DNA from: Pelomyxa schiedti
Taxonomy: Eukaryota > Protista > Evosea
DNA length: 64,000 bases
Direction of reading: 5' to 3'
Assembly (NCBI GenBank): GCA_020536535.1
Contig: JAHLWZ010000053.1
Location: 34,842 to 98,841 of the forward strand
Notes under the pieces: generated by a model
Seen by the model: the letters and a program-made list of their open reading frames with translations, nothing else
Told to the model about the DNA's origin: nothing
The model's database searches: none
Made by a program: the position numbers and the translations under genes
In this document: positions 24,112-35,968 of the stretch, one piece after another
Layout of the letters: each line of letters opens with the position of its first letter
How positions within the stretch are numbered: the first letter of the stretch is position 1

Positions 24112-26912
24112 ATGAACAGCAGTACTACGCCCGGCGTCGGGCCTCAGCCAGGCCGGACGCAAATGACGCCTAATATGCCCCCTCAGTCGAGGCAGCAGCA
24201 GATGCAGCCCCAGCAGGGGTACCGACAGACACACCCGTATCACCAGCAGCCACAGCACCAGCTACAACAGCTACAACAGCAACCACAGCACGGCGTTAAC
24301 ACCAACAACGTTATGGCGTACCACAATCAGTACAACCAACACCATCCACAGCAGCAGATGCAACAACTGCAGGCTCCCCATAGACAGCAACAGCAACAGC
24401 AACAACCGGTTATTGTTGCCCACCAAGGTGCCCCGCAGCAGGTTGTACAGTACCACCAATTGCAGCACGGTGGTGCCCCGCACTATCACCATATGCCACA
24501 GGCCTCTGCCACAACACCCCCACTGCCCCAGCAAGCCGTTACGAGCACCCCGGCGCCAGCTCCTCCTTCTGCACCACTGCTGCCGCATCCGCGCAGTAAC
24601 AAATGGTGCCATTTCCCTCGTGAAATACTGGAGGCAGTGTATCAGAAAAGTGGAAACGTGAAGGAGGAGATTGCGCTCAGACGATCCACTTGTGCGTTCT
24701 TGCAAGAAGCCGGCATGGCTCTCAAATTGTGCCTATCCAACCAAATCACTTGTTCCTTATTGTGTTTTGTGCCTTTCTACTGTGACGCCTATGTACTGAC
24801 TTCTGACATACTTTTTAGCCCCCAAAACACAATAGCGACTGCAATAGTTTACTTCCATAGATTTTTTGCTCGGGTGTCAATACTCTCATATGATCGCTAT
24901 GTCAGTATAATAGTATATTTTTACATATTGAGCCATTGCAGAGTCTTGCGATAAGTGCTTTATTCCTTGCAGGAAAAGTGGAAGAGACAACAAGTAAACT
25001 TAAAGACGTGGTATGTTCCACATATAGGATGCTGCACAAGACAGATTTGAAAGTTAATAGCGCGGTATTTTGCCCCTTTTCCTTTTGGATACTAATTAAT
25101 ACTAAAAGGAATTTGTCGAGGAAAGAGACAAAATTCTCAGTACAGAACAGCTATTACTTCAACGGCTTGCCTTCGACCTCACTGTTGACCACCCTTATAA
25201 GACATTGATGAAGTACGTGAAAAAAATCAATGGTTTGACCCTGGCATATACCTTTTTATTCCTAATTGAGCTAGGAAATCGTCAGCTTGCACAAGTTGCC
25301 TGGAACTTCATAAATGACAGTTTACGTACAACTTTGTGCTTGCAATTCCCCTCACAGCACATTGCTACCGCTGCTCTATATTTAGCTTCACGAGTCCTTG
25401 GGATTGACCTATCTCATGGAAGAGAATTAACATCACTTTTTGATTGCCCCATTGAGCAGTTAGATGGTAAATAATATTCCCATTCGCCTGCTGATCCCTT
25501 TCAGATATATCCGAGCAAATCCTCGCCTTATACGATGAGTATCCAAATAAATCAAATGTAGACACATTCTACTTAATTAATTTCCTAAATACTGTTAGCA
25601 GGGAAGAATTAGTGGTTCACCACATACACCTCCCAAATCCCCAACACCACATGGGAAACCTGAACTTTCCCCATCCACGAATGATACCTCACACCACTCC
25701 AGCACACATTCACTAGCAACACCAGATGCCGGTTCCCCTATACCAACCCCTGCCAAGGTTTCACCAAATTCTGGTGATGCCCATGTAAACAGATCTCCAA
25801 CGCACCCATCGTCACTGCAGACCCAAACAATCAAGCAAGAACCAGCAACAATAATCAAGACAGAAGTCAAAACTGAACCTGTGACCTTGACAACAGATAG
25901 CATCATAAAGAAAGAACCGCCTAACATCAAGCAGGAATATGAACCCATCAAACAAGAGAATACCCTTATCAAACCAGAGCATACACATGCACCTTCGCTC
26001 ACTAATACTAACACTCTTACACTTCCTCAAATGCCTCTTGCTGAGTCGAAAGTGAAAGTTGAGACTCTTCAGCAGGGGAACCAATCGACAACCATTGCAC
26101 CACAAACAGACATGTATATGCAAAGTTCAGTACCTGCACACAGCCAGATACCAACACCATACGGAATCCCGCAACCTCCCCAAGGTGCTGCTGCACCTAA
26201 ACTCCCTCCTGTCCCCCCGTCAACCGCTCCACCCCCACCCCCGCCTCTACCCCCACTCCCTCTGGTCACAGCTCCTCGAGCCCCACCGACATCTCCTATG
26301 TCACCAGGTCCTTGTAACCTATCTGAGACTTCCTCCAGCAATCAAAATGACAAAATCACTTCAGGGACTTCCAGGCCTACTGAAGATGCAAGTGGGGCTG
26401 CCTCAAGCAGCTCGGCTTCACTTCCAGTGTCTAGCACTGCTAGTACAGGAGAAACCCAGGCCAGTGATGGGAAGGAAAGGCACCACAGCCACAGTCACGA
26501 GCGGGAACGCACTTCAAGAGACCGAGACTGCAGAGACCACAGAGACCACAGGTCTGACAAACGAGACTATGCTCACCGGGAGTACAGGGACCACAGATCA
26601 TATGGAGATTATAGGGATCACAGAGATCACAGAACTGACCGCTACCGAGAGAACCCAAGAGGCCGGGATGGATACAGAGACCGAGGGAGAGAGAAAGAGA
26701 ACTACGACAGGGACAGAGGCCGGGATAGAGACAAGGAACACGAGCACCACGAGAACAGGGACAAAAGCAAGTCCAGCTCTGTGGAACCCAGTTCAATCCC
26801 TGCACCCCCCACACCCCCTCCTCCAACAGTAGCCCCTCCTCCGCCATCAGAAACATCCACTACACCTGCAACCACCAAACAACCCGCAGACCACCGTTTC
26901 CACCCGTACTAA
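24112..26912 (+). CDS. Cyclin T/K-family transcriptional cyclin
   Basis: Q-rich N-terminus, then EEIALRRSTCAFLQEAGMALK, TIATAIVYFHRFF, ALFLAGKVEE, LAFDLTVDHPY, LAQVAWNFINDSLRTTLCLQF. RD/RE-rich tail ending RFHPY. Confidence 0.9.
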
Positions 26913-27681
26913 GAAGGAAAAATACAAACAAACAAAACCAACATGCCAATAAACCAACTGGTGCACATCAATCACTTGCAGCAAAGCAAACACCGCAACA
27001 AGGCGCTGCGCGTCAATTAAGAGCAAGGTCGAGAATTCCGGTTATTCTCCTTGCTTCTCTTGCGCAACAGCCTTTCTGTACCGGAATGCAAAGTTCTTCT
27101 CCGTATGAGCTTGAGGGATTCCAAAATGGAAGGTTCAATCCAGTTTTCGCCACCCAGTAAAAAAGAAAAAAAATACAATATCAAAAACCCACCCGAGAGG
27201 TGTGCATTGTTCAATCCAGACGAAAGTTAAAAACTTAAGCAAAATAAAAAAAAAATCAACACACCACAGCAACTCAGCTCAGGGTGTTGTGCCATTATTC
27301 AATCCGTTCCAACCGAACGAGGACCTTGTGCCATTCCCTCAGTCCTTTTTTTGGCCTCAGTCTTTGTGCATTGCAGCTAAGCTGTTTTGGTTGCTTCGTT
27401 TGAGGACAAGCCATCAACAACCCCCAGGCAAAAAAAATTAAAAGCCCTGACTAGCTCCTGGTGGCACGAAACTAAAAAAACCAAAAAACCCAACCTCCAA
27501 AAAAAAAAAAAACCGCTAGCAAAATTGCTTGACTGGATAGAAGTAGCCACTATAGTGGAAAAGCACCACAAAGAGCACACTACCAACCACCACCAGAAAC
27601 AGCACTCTATCCTGTCGACAGCATTATACTACTGTTGTGCATTGGTATTGGTCTGGGACATAGCCAAGAAAAACAGGGCTG

Positions 27682-28986
27682 ATGAATATGAACTACTATG
27701 GACCAGACGACTGGGTAACTTGGTTCCCTCGTGTTGCTTCCACTCGCTTGCAGGCCAGAGTACAACCACGCTGCCGGCACAGGCACTCTTCTACATCTGC
27801 TTCTGCTTCCGGGTCTTCTGGTAGCACTGCTACGGCTACGGCTACTGTCACTGCCGTTGCTACTGTAACAACCTCTAGTGGTGGAGGTGAACCTGCCAGC
27901 ATACCTACAAATTCCTCATCCGTTTGCGTTAGCAACACTGCAACAACTTCCACAACAACTTCCACACCTCCTCAGTCATGTACATCTGATCCACCAATCC
28001 CCACCTCCACCTCCACTTCCACCTCCCCTTCACGGAATGCATCATCACACTCCTCTCACCACTCAACATCTTCGCACACTTCATCACACTCATCAAGACA
28101 CCACTCACACCACCGGTCCACTCACGGCCCCTCGCATGGCCCATCACGGCCTGCAGATTTTGCTCGCCGTATGTTCGGGGATGATAAAGGCACCCCCAAT
28201 GTATCAGTAGAATGGTACTTGGGCCGCATTGTACAATACAGCGGTTGTACCTTCGCATCCATGGTTGCATCTGTGGTGCTGATAGAGCGCGCATTAGAAT
28301 CCAACCCAGATTTCCGGCTTACAAACGGAAATATACACCGCGTTGTCTTAGCGAGGTAACTCCCCTCATTTTTGTTTTCCGGACTTACTTTTTCTAGTGT
28401 ATTGATCAGCTCAAAGTTCTTTGAAGACCAATTCTTCCCCAATTCCTACTATGCACGAGTTGGTGGCGTAAGCGAAATCGAAATGAACGAACTCGAACTG
28501 GCCTTTTTAGCTCTAGTCCGGTTCGACCTGTACATCACTGAAGCCCAATACGGCCTCTATGAGCGAGAGCTCAACAATCCCATCGACTTAAGTGGCTGCA
28601 CCCCAGCCACAAACAGCAACACGAGCCCACCATCATCCCCCTCGACTCCCCCTGCATCATCAACCAACAACACAAGCACAAGCACCAACACCAACACAAA
28701 CAGCAACAACACAAACAACAGTAACAATAACAATAACAACACCAACAACACCACCAACAACAGCAATGACAATGATCATCACCAATCATCACATTCCACC
28801 AGCACAGACACCAACATGAGCGTAAGTGCTGTTGGTGTTACCAGAAATGCGGCCACGTGTGGTGACACATGTGTTCGCCTTGTGCGGATGGAACGCATAT
28901 TCTCACCAACTCAGTCACCCGAGTCATCACACTCATCATTGGCCGTGGTGGAAGGGTCACAGCCTGTATTAACTTATCTGTGTTAA
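27682..28986 (+). CDS. PHO80/cyclin-U(P)-like cyclin
   Basis: PNVSVEWYLGRIVQYSGC, NIHRVVLA|SVLISSKFFEDQFFPNSYYARVGGVS..EMNELELAFL..VRFDLYI. One intron. Confidence 0.9.
28660..28775 (+). repeat. Imperfect (AAC)n coding repeat (poly-N/T)
   Basis: aacaacacaaacaacagtaacaataacaataacaacacc... encodes the N/T-rich tract. Confidence 0.7.
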
Positions 28987-29236
28987 ATAAAACCTTTTTT
29001 TTCGAAATAGCTCCCTTTTCACTTTTTAAAAAAGGAAACCCTTAGTTTCGGCCGAGGTCAATAGCTCTTGTCCCTTCAGTGAATGTTCTCTGCAAGAGAT
29101 TGTTCCAGAATAAAGAATTCTCGTTGAAAAGTGCTTCTGCTACAAATACATCAAATGCCCGGCACTACTTCAACGGGCGAAAAAAGGAGTCACTACACAA
29201 TCAAAAAAAAGAAAAAACTCAGAGATCTTCGGAGGG

Positions 29237-31607
29237 ATGCAAGTATCTACGGCTGCTCTTGTTGGCGTTACTGCCGGCGTGAGGTGTTTTGCTTCGTTTG
29301 CTGGATCTTGTGGTGTTGCTGTTGCACGACGCGGAATCTCTACCGTACGACCTGAAGATCTTTCGCGCAAATTGGACAGCTGGACTCCACACACTGAACT
29401 CAAGCAGTGGGTTAACAAGGCTGCTGTACGTTTTCTCTCCCTCACGTTTCCTTTTTTTTCCGCCAGCTTACTTTTTACCAAGAAACTGTGCCAACCTGAT
29501 AACGTCTTATTGTGCGATGGAAGCCAGGAGGAGTACGATGAGTTGTGCCAACAAATGGTGTCCTCTGGATCGTTTGTTCGTTTGTCCCAGTCTAAGAGGC
29601 CCAACTGCTTCTTGGCAAGGAGCGACCCACAAGATGTGGCACGTGTTGAAGACAGGACATTCATTTCATCAAAGGATGAAGATGATGCTGGCCCAACCAA
29701 TAACTGGGTCGATCCCACCGAGATGAAAAAGGTGATGGACTCACATTTTGAGGGTTCTATGAGAGGCAGGACCATGTACGTTATCCCTTTCTGCATGGGA
29801 CCATTGGGGTCTTATGTATGCTATTCTTCCTTTAAAAAAGAAAAACAAACGACGCACACCTAACCCGCCTTCCTTGGCGTCTCGTTGCTTTTAGATCTCT
29901 CACAATGGTGTGGAAATCACGGACTCTCCTTACGTTGTAGCCAATATGAGGATTATGACAAGAATGGGCAAACCTGTTCTTGGACAGCTGGGTTCATCGA
30001 AGCCGTATGCAGATGGTCCATCTCCATCTCCATTGGACTTATACATTACAGATTCGTACCATGCATGCATTCTGTTGGTATGCCTCTTACTGGTGGCAAA
30101 AAAGATGTGCCGTGGCCGTGTGATGCCAACAACAAATACATCGTCCATTACCCTGAGAGTCACGCGATTTATTCCTATGGGTAATTTATACAGCTTCTTT
30201 TCCGTATGTAACAAGTAAATAGGTCAGGCTATGGTGGTAATGCTCTTCTTGGCAAGAAATGTTTTGCATTGAGGATTGCCTCTGTTCTTGCCCGCGAAGA
30301 AGGGTGGTTGGCTGAACACATGCTTATCCTTGGACTTACAAACCCTGCCGGCAAGAAGATTTACGTTGCTGCAGCGTTCCCTTCAATGTGTGGTAAGACC
30401 AATCTTGCAATGTTAGAGGCGTCACTCCCTGGATGGAAGGCAAGTACTGTCTCCTGACCAAGTTGTTTGTCTCATATTGGGAACAAGGTACAAACAGTTG
30501 GGGATGACATTGCTTGGATGAAATTCGGTCCCGATGGCCGCTTATACGCCGTCAACCCGGAGTCTGGCTTCTTTGGTGTTGCTCCTGGGACAAGCATGCA
30601 ATCAAACCCGAATGCCATGCGCATTGTGGATAAAAATACAATATTCACTAATGTAGCCCTCACGGAGAAGAAAGACGTTTGGTGGGAAGGTGTGTCGTCC
30701 TTTGGGTTTTATTGTAGACTCACCTGAGTAGATATGACCAAGGAACCACCATCGGGTGAGATAGAAACTTGGGACCGCAAGGGTCTTGACAAAAAATTAT
30801 GGAAGGATAAAAAGCAACTTGCGGCACACAAGAATGGCAGATTCACTGCACCACTTTCCCAATGCCCATGCATTGACCCTGCATGGCAGGACCCAAGGGG
30901 TGTGCCTATCAGTGCCATTTTATTTGGTGGCCGAAGGGAATCCCTTGTACCCCTTGTTTATCAGGCACGTGTCTCCTTGGGTTGTCTCCTTTCTTAACCT
31001 TCCTGCAGTCCTTTGATTGGGAGCACGGTACTTTCCTTGGCACAGCTGTTTCCTCTGAGGAGACTGCAGCAGCCCAAGGCAATACAGGTGGAGTGCGCCA
31101 CGATCCGTTTGCCATGCTCCCATTCTGCGGGTAACCCGAAACAATGCCCCTTTTTTTTTTTACTCACCGAATCATAGGTACAACATGGCCGACTACTTCC
31201 AGCACTGGTTGGAGATAGGACGCAAGGCTCCCAACAAAAAATTGTTACCCAAGATTTTCAATGTGAACTGGTTCCGCCGAGACGCTGACAAATCCTGGAT
31301 GTGGCCAGGCTATGGTGAAAACCTGCGTGTATTGAAGTGGGTGTTTGAGCGCGCAACTGAGCCAGCCAATGAAGCCAACGCAGTCCGCTCACCAATTGGA
31401 TGGGTTCCAGCACCAGGATCCCTCGACATCTCTGGCATGGAAAAGAAACCTAACATGAAGGCACTTCTTGCCATTGACAAGAAGGGCTGGAAGAAGGAAG
31501 CCGATGGCTTGGCACAATTCTACCACACCAAGTTCGGCTCACGCTTACCCGGCGGTATCCGCTCACAACTCCAAGGACTCAAGCAGAGACTCCAGTCAGA
31601 CGAGTAA
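29237..31607 (+). CDS. PCK: Phosphoenolpyruvate carboxykinase (GTP), with N-terminal presequence-like extension
   Basis: [125 protein letters not shown]. Confidence 0.97.
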
Positions 31608-31716
31608 AGCCAACACCCTGTACACCCACCTTCTGTCTTTCTTCCTAAGAGAACGAAAAAGAAACACCCTGAATTAATTGAACTGACCCTCAACCAAATT
31701 TAATTACATTTTTGTA

Positions 31717-33078
31717 TTAACAACGAAAATTGGTATCCCCAATTTGAAATGAAAATGTATCGGGGCATTGTATTGTCATAAGGAGCACACCAGACAAGGG
31801 TTCAATTACGTGAAGAAGGAACTCGTGCGATGAGTCTGGACAAAGGACCAGCTGAAACAATAGCCCTCGGTATGAGTGGAAAGCGGCAAAATCACGGGTT
31901 CCAAGTACCACAACCTTCAACGGGAGTGCCTGAAATTCATCTGTGCAGTCCCATACTTCCCAGGAATAGCATGAGGAAAGGTCGTGTGAATTTGTGATGC
32001 AGAACTGGGAGCCATTAAGTTGGCTGATTTTCATGTTTTCACCGTACTTGAGGGAGCGCATTTCCCCGTTGGATTTAACTTGGATAATAGCTTTGTTGCA
32101 CTCATCATACGCGTAATGCAGACCCTTGACTGGGAACTTTGTCGTTATGAACTGGGGAGATTTGATATAGACCAACACAATGAAAACAGGCTCTCCGCGT
32201 ATCATGAAAAACAGTACCGAAATAGCAACGCAATTCTGCAACTGCGGTGCCACAAGGTTGCACACTGTGGAGCTAGCAGTTACGAGGCTGTTTCCAGTAC
32301 AAGAACGCGGCAGGTCTACAACACACAATTCCAGCCGGGACCCAAGAACCTTAGGGCCGCGCAGTACCGCGACGGCGTCGTCCACCCATTCACTAGCACT
32401 CAAAATATTGCCTCCCATAATCGACAAATGAGCCCGCCTCGCCCCCGCGCCGTCGTCCTCCCGAGCGTCCACGACGAACACCTCGGGCAAGTGCCAGCAC
32501 AGCCACCACCACCGCCGCCGTTTGGCCCCGCCTCCGCCCCGCGCCCCCACGACGGCGCCGTGGGGCCTGTCGCCGTCGTACCACTGCCTCCGCGTCAGCA
32601 GGTGCCTCTCGTGCCCGGTGGCCACGTCCTGCACGTAGGCGGCGACGCTGTGGTCGCTGCCGCCGGGCCGCGTCGCGACCCTGGTGCGCTCGTCCACCCA
32701 CAGGTCCTCGCCGCTGGCGTGGGCCGCCGCCTGCAGCGCCTGCGGGCCCAGGCACCCGCCCAGGAGGAAGGAGAACGGGAGGCCCCAGGAGGTCGCGCCC
32801 GGGCTCCCGTCCCAGCCGCAGGGCCGCACCACCGGGGGCCGGCGGCTGCCCTGCAGCGACCACAGGCGGCGCCAGGCGTGGCGCAGGAGCAGCGCGCCGC
32901 CGCCCTGGCCCCCGAGGCAGCGGGCGGGGCTGAGCAGGCCGCAGCGTGGGTGAGACGACACCAGGAGGGCCAAGACCTGCTCCCGCGCGCACAGGGACAC
33001 CCTACAGCACGACGCCGCCGTGCCGCCCTTGTCCATTGTAACGGCGTCGAAGCAGATTGGATCTGGACGAGATCCCAT
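31717..33078 (-). CDS. Intronless hypothetical protein of a lineage-expanded family (AREQVLALLVSSHPRCG..SPAR N-terminal motif)
   Basis: 453-aa uninterrupted ORF with a GC-rich 5' half. The N-terminal motif resembles a family I recall from Pelomyxa predicted proteomes (recollection, not searched). Confidence 0.7.
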   Translation of the reverse strand: MGSRPDPICFDAVTMDKGGTAASCCRVSLCAREQVLALLVSSHPRCGLLSPARCLGGQGGGALLLRHAWRRLWSLQGSRRPPVVRPCGWDGSPGATSWGLPFSFLLGGCLGPQALQAAAHASGEDLWVDERTRVATRPGGSDHSVAAYVQDVATGHERHLLTRRQWYDGDRPHGAVVGARGGGGAKRRRWWWLCWHLPEVFVVDAREDDGAGARRAHLSIMGGNILSASEWVDDAVAVLRGPKVLGSRLELCVVDLPRSCTGNSLVTASSTVCNLVAPQLQNCVAISVLFFMIRGEPVFIVLVYIKSPQFITTKFPVKGLHYAYDECNKAIIQVKSNGEMRSLKYGENMKISQLNGSQFCITNSHDLSSCYSWEVWDCTDEFQALPLKVVVLGTRDFAAFHSYRGLLFQLVLCPDSSHEFLLHVIEPLSGVLLMTIQCPDTFSFQIGDTNFRC

Positions 33079-33169
33079 CGTTCCAAGGGGACTGGATCAT
33101 CCATTTTCGATTCCGCGTCCCAGATTCACTTTGGTTCGGAGAAAAACCTGTTTTCACGAAACTCTGAGG

Positions 33170-35867
33170 ATGGCAGCCACAACCACGAGAACGACGAGTG
33201 CTGCGGCGTCAGTGGGCCTCAAGCCATCGTCCTCGATGTCTGACATCCTCCCTCGGGGTCTATTGGAAATAAAACGTAGTTTTTTTTTTTCCTTTCTCCC
33301 CTCGCTGGTGTCGCTCCTACTTGTTTAAATAACAACTCGTTTTCATGCAGTCGTTGAGGGCCGAGGACTTATGGTGGGAGATCTTACTGGTTCGGTGTGT
33401 AGTGTTCGACCCACGCTCTTTTTGTACTATTGCTGACTTGTTTAGTCGGACCCGTACTGCATCATCAAATTCGCGGGGAAACAGTGCCGTTCAAACACTA
33501 TAATGACTACATTGAATCCAAGATGGGAAGAAACCTTCCACTTGTATATCTTCTTTTTTAACGTTGTTAGTTTCTAAAACAAGACAAAGTGTGGTCCCTA
33601 TAGGTGCGAACAGACCAACAGTTTTGTTTGAGGTCTGGGATTGGGATAAAATCTCGTCCTCTGATTTCCTTGGAAAGGCCGAGCGCTCTATAGCGTATGA
33701 TCTTGCGCTCTATATATACATTTTCTCACTATGTAAGTGACCTGCAGCCTAACACGCCTGTTGACCAGTGGATAACGTTAACTGAACCAAAACCTAGAAA
33801 GGTTCCTCTCCCTTGCCTCCCCCACCATTTTAAGCGAATATAGAGTGGAGTGGCAGGACAAATCCATGTCATCATGACTTATCAGGATAAAAAGAGTACA
33901 ATCCCTCTCAAAGGTGAAGACAATAATGTTTTTAAAAAGGCGTTTTTGAGAACTTCTGGAGAGAGATATGCAAAATATACGATATTGATGGGAATGGCAC
34001 AATAGAACCTGAAGAATTTAATGGCCTGGTGGGAGCTATTAACTCACCAATCTCCTCAGCTGACCTGGAAGCCCTTGTATTTCATTCCTCTTCAACAATT
34101 GAGCATTAAACTTCCAAGTTCCATGAACTTGATACAGATAACAGTGGTTCCCTTACCTGGCAAGAGTTTTGTGCATGGATCCTCTCTGGTTTTTTTTTTA
34201 AGCTAAGTTTAAAGTCCCTCACAAGAGATAGACCCCCTCAATGAGATTAAGCTTCTTCCCTATCCCCAATTCATCTGGGAGATGATGGCACTATCTACCA
34301 ATCACCAAACTCTAGCCGACGCAGGTTTTCCTTCAAAATTTTAGGTCAATAAACATTTTACCTGGGCAGTTAACATCTTTGGCAAGACTGCAAGTACAAC
34401 TACAACTACAACTACAACTGCACGAACTGAGCCACATGACCAAACTTTGAGCTCGAATACAATTTATGTGAAAGAGCGAATTGTATGTTTTTGAACCAGT
34501 TTTTAGAAGTTCACCTTGCCAAGACTGGTCAAATCCGTGAGGAAAAAATTCCCCCATACATCAAGGCATCAATGCGAATGAGTATTTTTTCACCCTTTTT
34601 TTTCCCCTTTTTAAATCCTTTACTCAGTGTACTCCAGTTGGGGAGGAAAGCGAGGTAGCACCCTTAACCTACTAAGTTGAAAACTCATTTTCCCAAGCTG
34701 TGAACAATGATAGAGTACGCGCTATTCTGAAGCACCTCTCAGTTAAGCAAGGGGAATCTTATTCCAACCCAAAAAGTGCAAAAGAAATTATGCCCTTCAT
34801 AGCATATCACAACTTGAGTATTGAAGAAATGCAGGGTACAAGCCTGTGGCCAGTAAATTTCATAACTATCTTTCAAAAGATTCCCCCGAGTCGTTCAAAA
34901 CGTTCAACGAATTTTTTTACCGCAAACTTAAAGATGGACAGAGGCCCATCGACGAACCTCACAACCCTGTATTTACCTACTTGTTATCTCTTCATTCTTA
35001 TAATTCGCAGGCGGTTGCTGTTTCTCCCGCTGATTGCCGGTTAAGTGCTTATCAGACAATAGATGAAGCTACCAGGATATGGATCAAAGGTGAGAGCATA
35101 GTCTCCCAGTCCAACTTACAATATTTAGGAGTTGGTTTTAATCTCCAATCACTCCTTGGCAGTCCGGAACTTGCTGAACAATTTTCTGGGGGTTCCATTG
35201 TTATTGCGAGACTTTCACCACAGGACTATCATGTAGTCCTTCGATGTACCAACACAACTCAACAAACATGCAGAGATTCCATTCTTGTGTGACAGGTCGC
35301 CTGGGCCCTCAGACAAATATTGACGGCACCTATTATACGGTAACACCTTAGTGTTGATTGATTTCCAACTAACCCCAACTGTCTCCTGTCAGGTAAATCC
35401 TGTAGCAATTAAGGAGAGAATTCCAGTTTTCCAAGAAAATAAGCGTTGTGTTATGCCTATTTTGACCCAGAATTTTGGGAAGGTAAAAGTTGTCGCATTC
35501 CAGTAAATTTAATAACCATTCAATTATAGGTTATGTGGATTTCCGTCGGGGCCACAATGGTGGGCACCATATGCTGGACAAAGCACCCAGGTGACGAAGT
35601 TGTCAAGTAGGCGCACTCTTTTCCGTTCCTACGTACGGTTCTTAAACACTGCGTTAGGGGACAGGAGCTCGGCTACTTTGCCTTTGGAGGTTCTACAGTT
35701 TTACTTCTATTCCAGAGAGGAACAATCACTCTTGATCCCGATCTTTTGGCCAATTCCTATGCCGCTTCCCCAATAGAGGTACACGTCTTTTCTTTTCAGT
35801 TTTCCCTAAACACCAAAAAAAGACCTACGTTCATGTGGGGAACCGCATCGGTGTAGCCAGCAGCTAA
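33170..35867 (+). CDS. PSD2: Phosphatidylserine decarboxylase, PSD2-type (C2 + EF-hand + PS decarboxylase)
   Basis: C2 (SDPYCIIKF, TLNPRWEETF, VWDWDKISSSDFLG), EF-hand (DIDGNGTIEPEEF), FKTFNEFFYRKLK, SPADCR, RLSPQDYHRFH, ENKR, VGATMVG, and the GYFAFGGST autocleavage motif. Confidence 0.93.
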
Positions 35868-35968
35868 ATAAAAAAAAAACTTTATCCCTTCTCCTACAAA
35901 AACGCAATCGAATAGTTTTGATTCCAAAAATCGTGTGTCAATGGTTCTAGCATCTTGTGAGAGTAGAG

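Noticed and set aside
24112-28986. Two adjacent cyclin genes as a tandem duplication or cluster
   Set aside because: They belong to distant families (T/K vs PHO80/U), so adjacency is probably chance.
32020-33243. 407-aa plus-strand ORF antisense to the 453-aa orphan gene
   Set aside because: It starts at TTG and shadows a GC-rich coding strand that has few stops. No recognisable domain.
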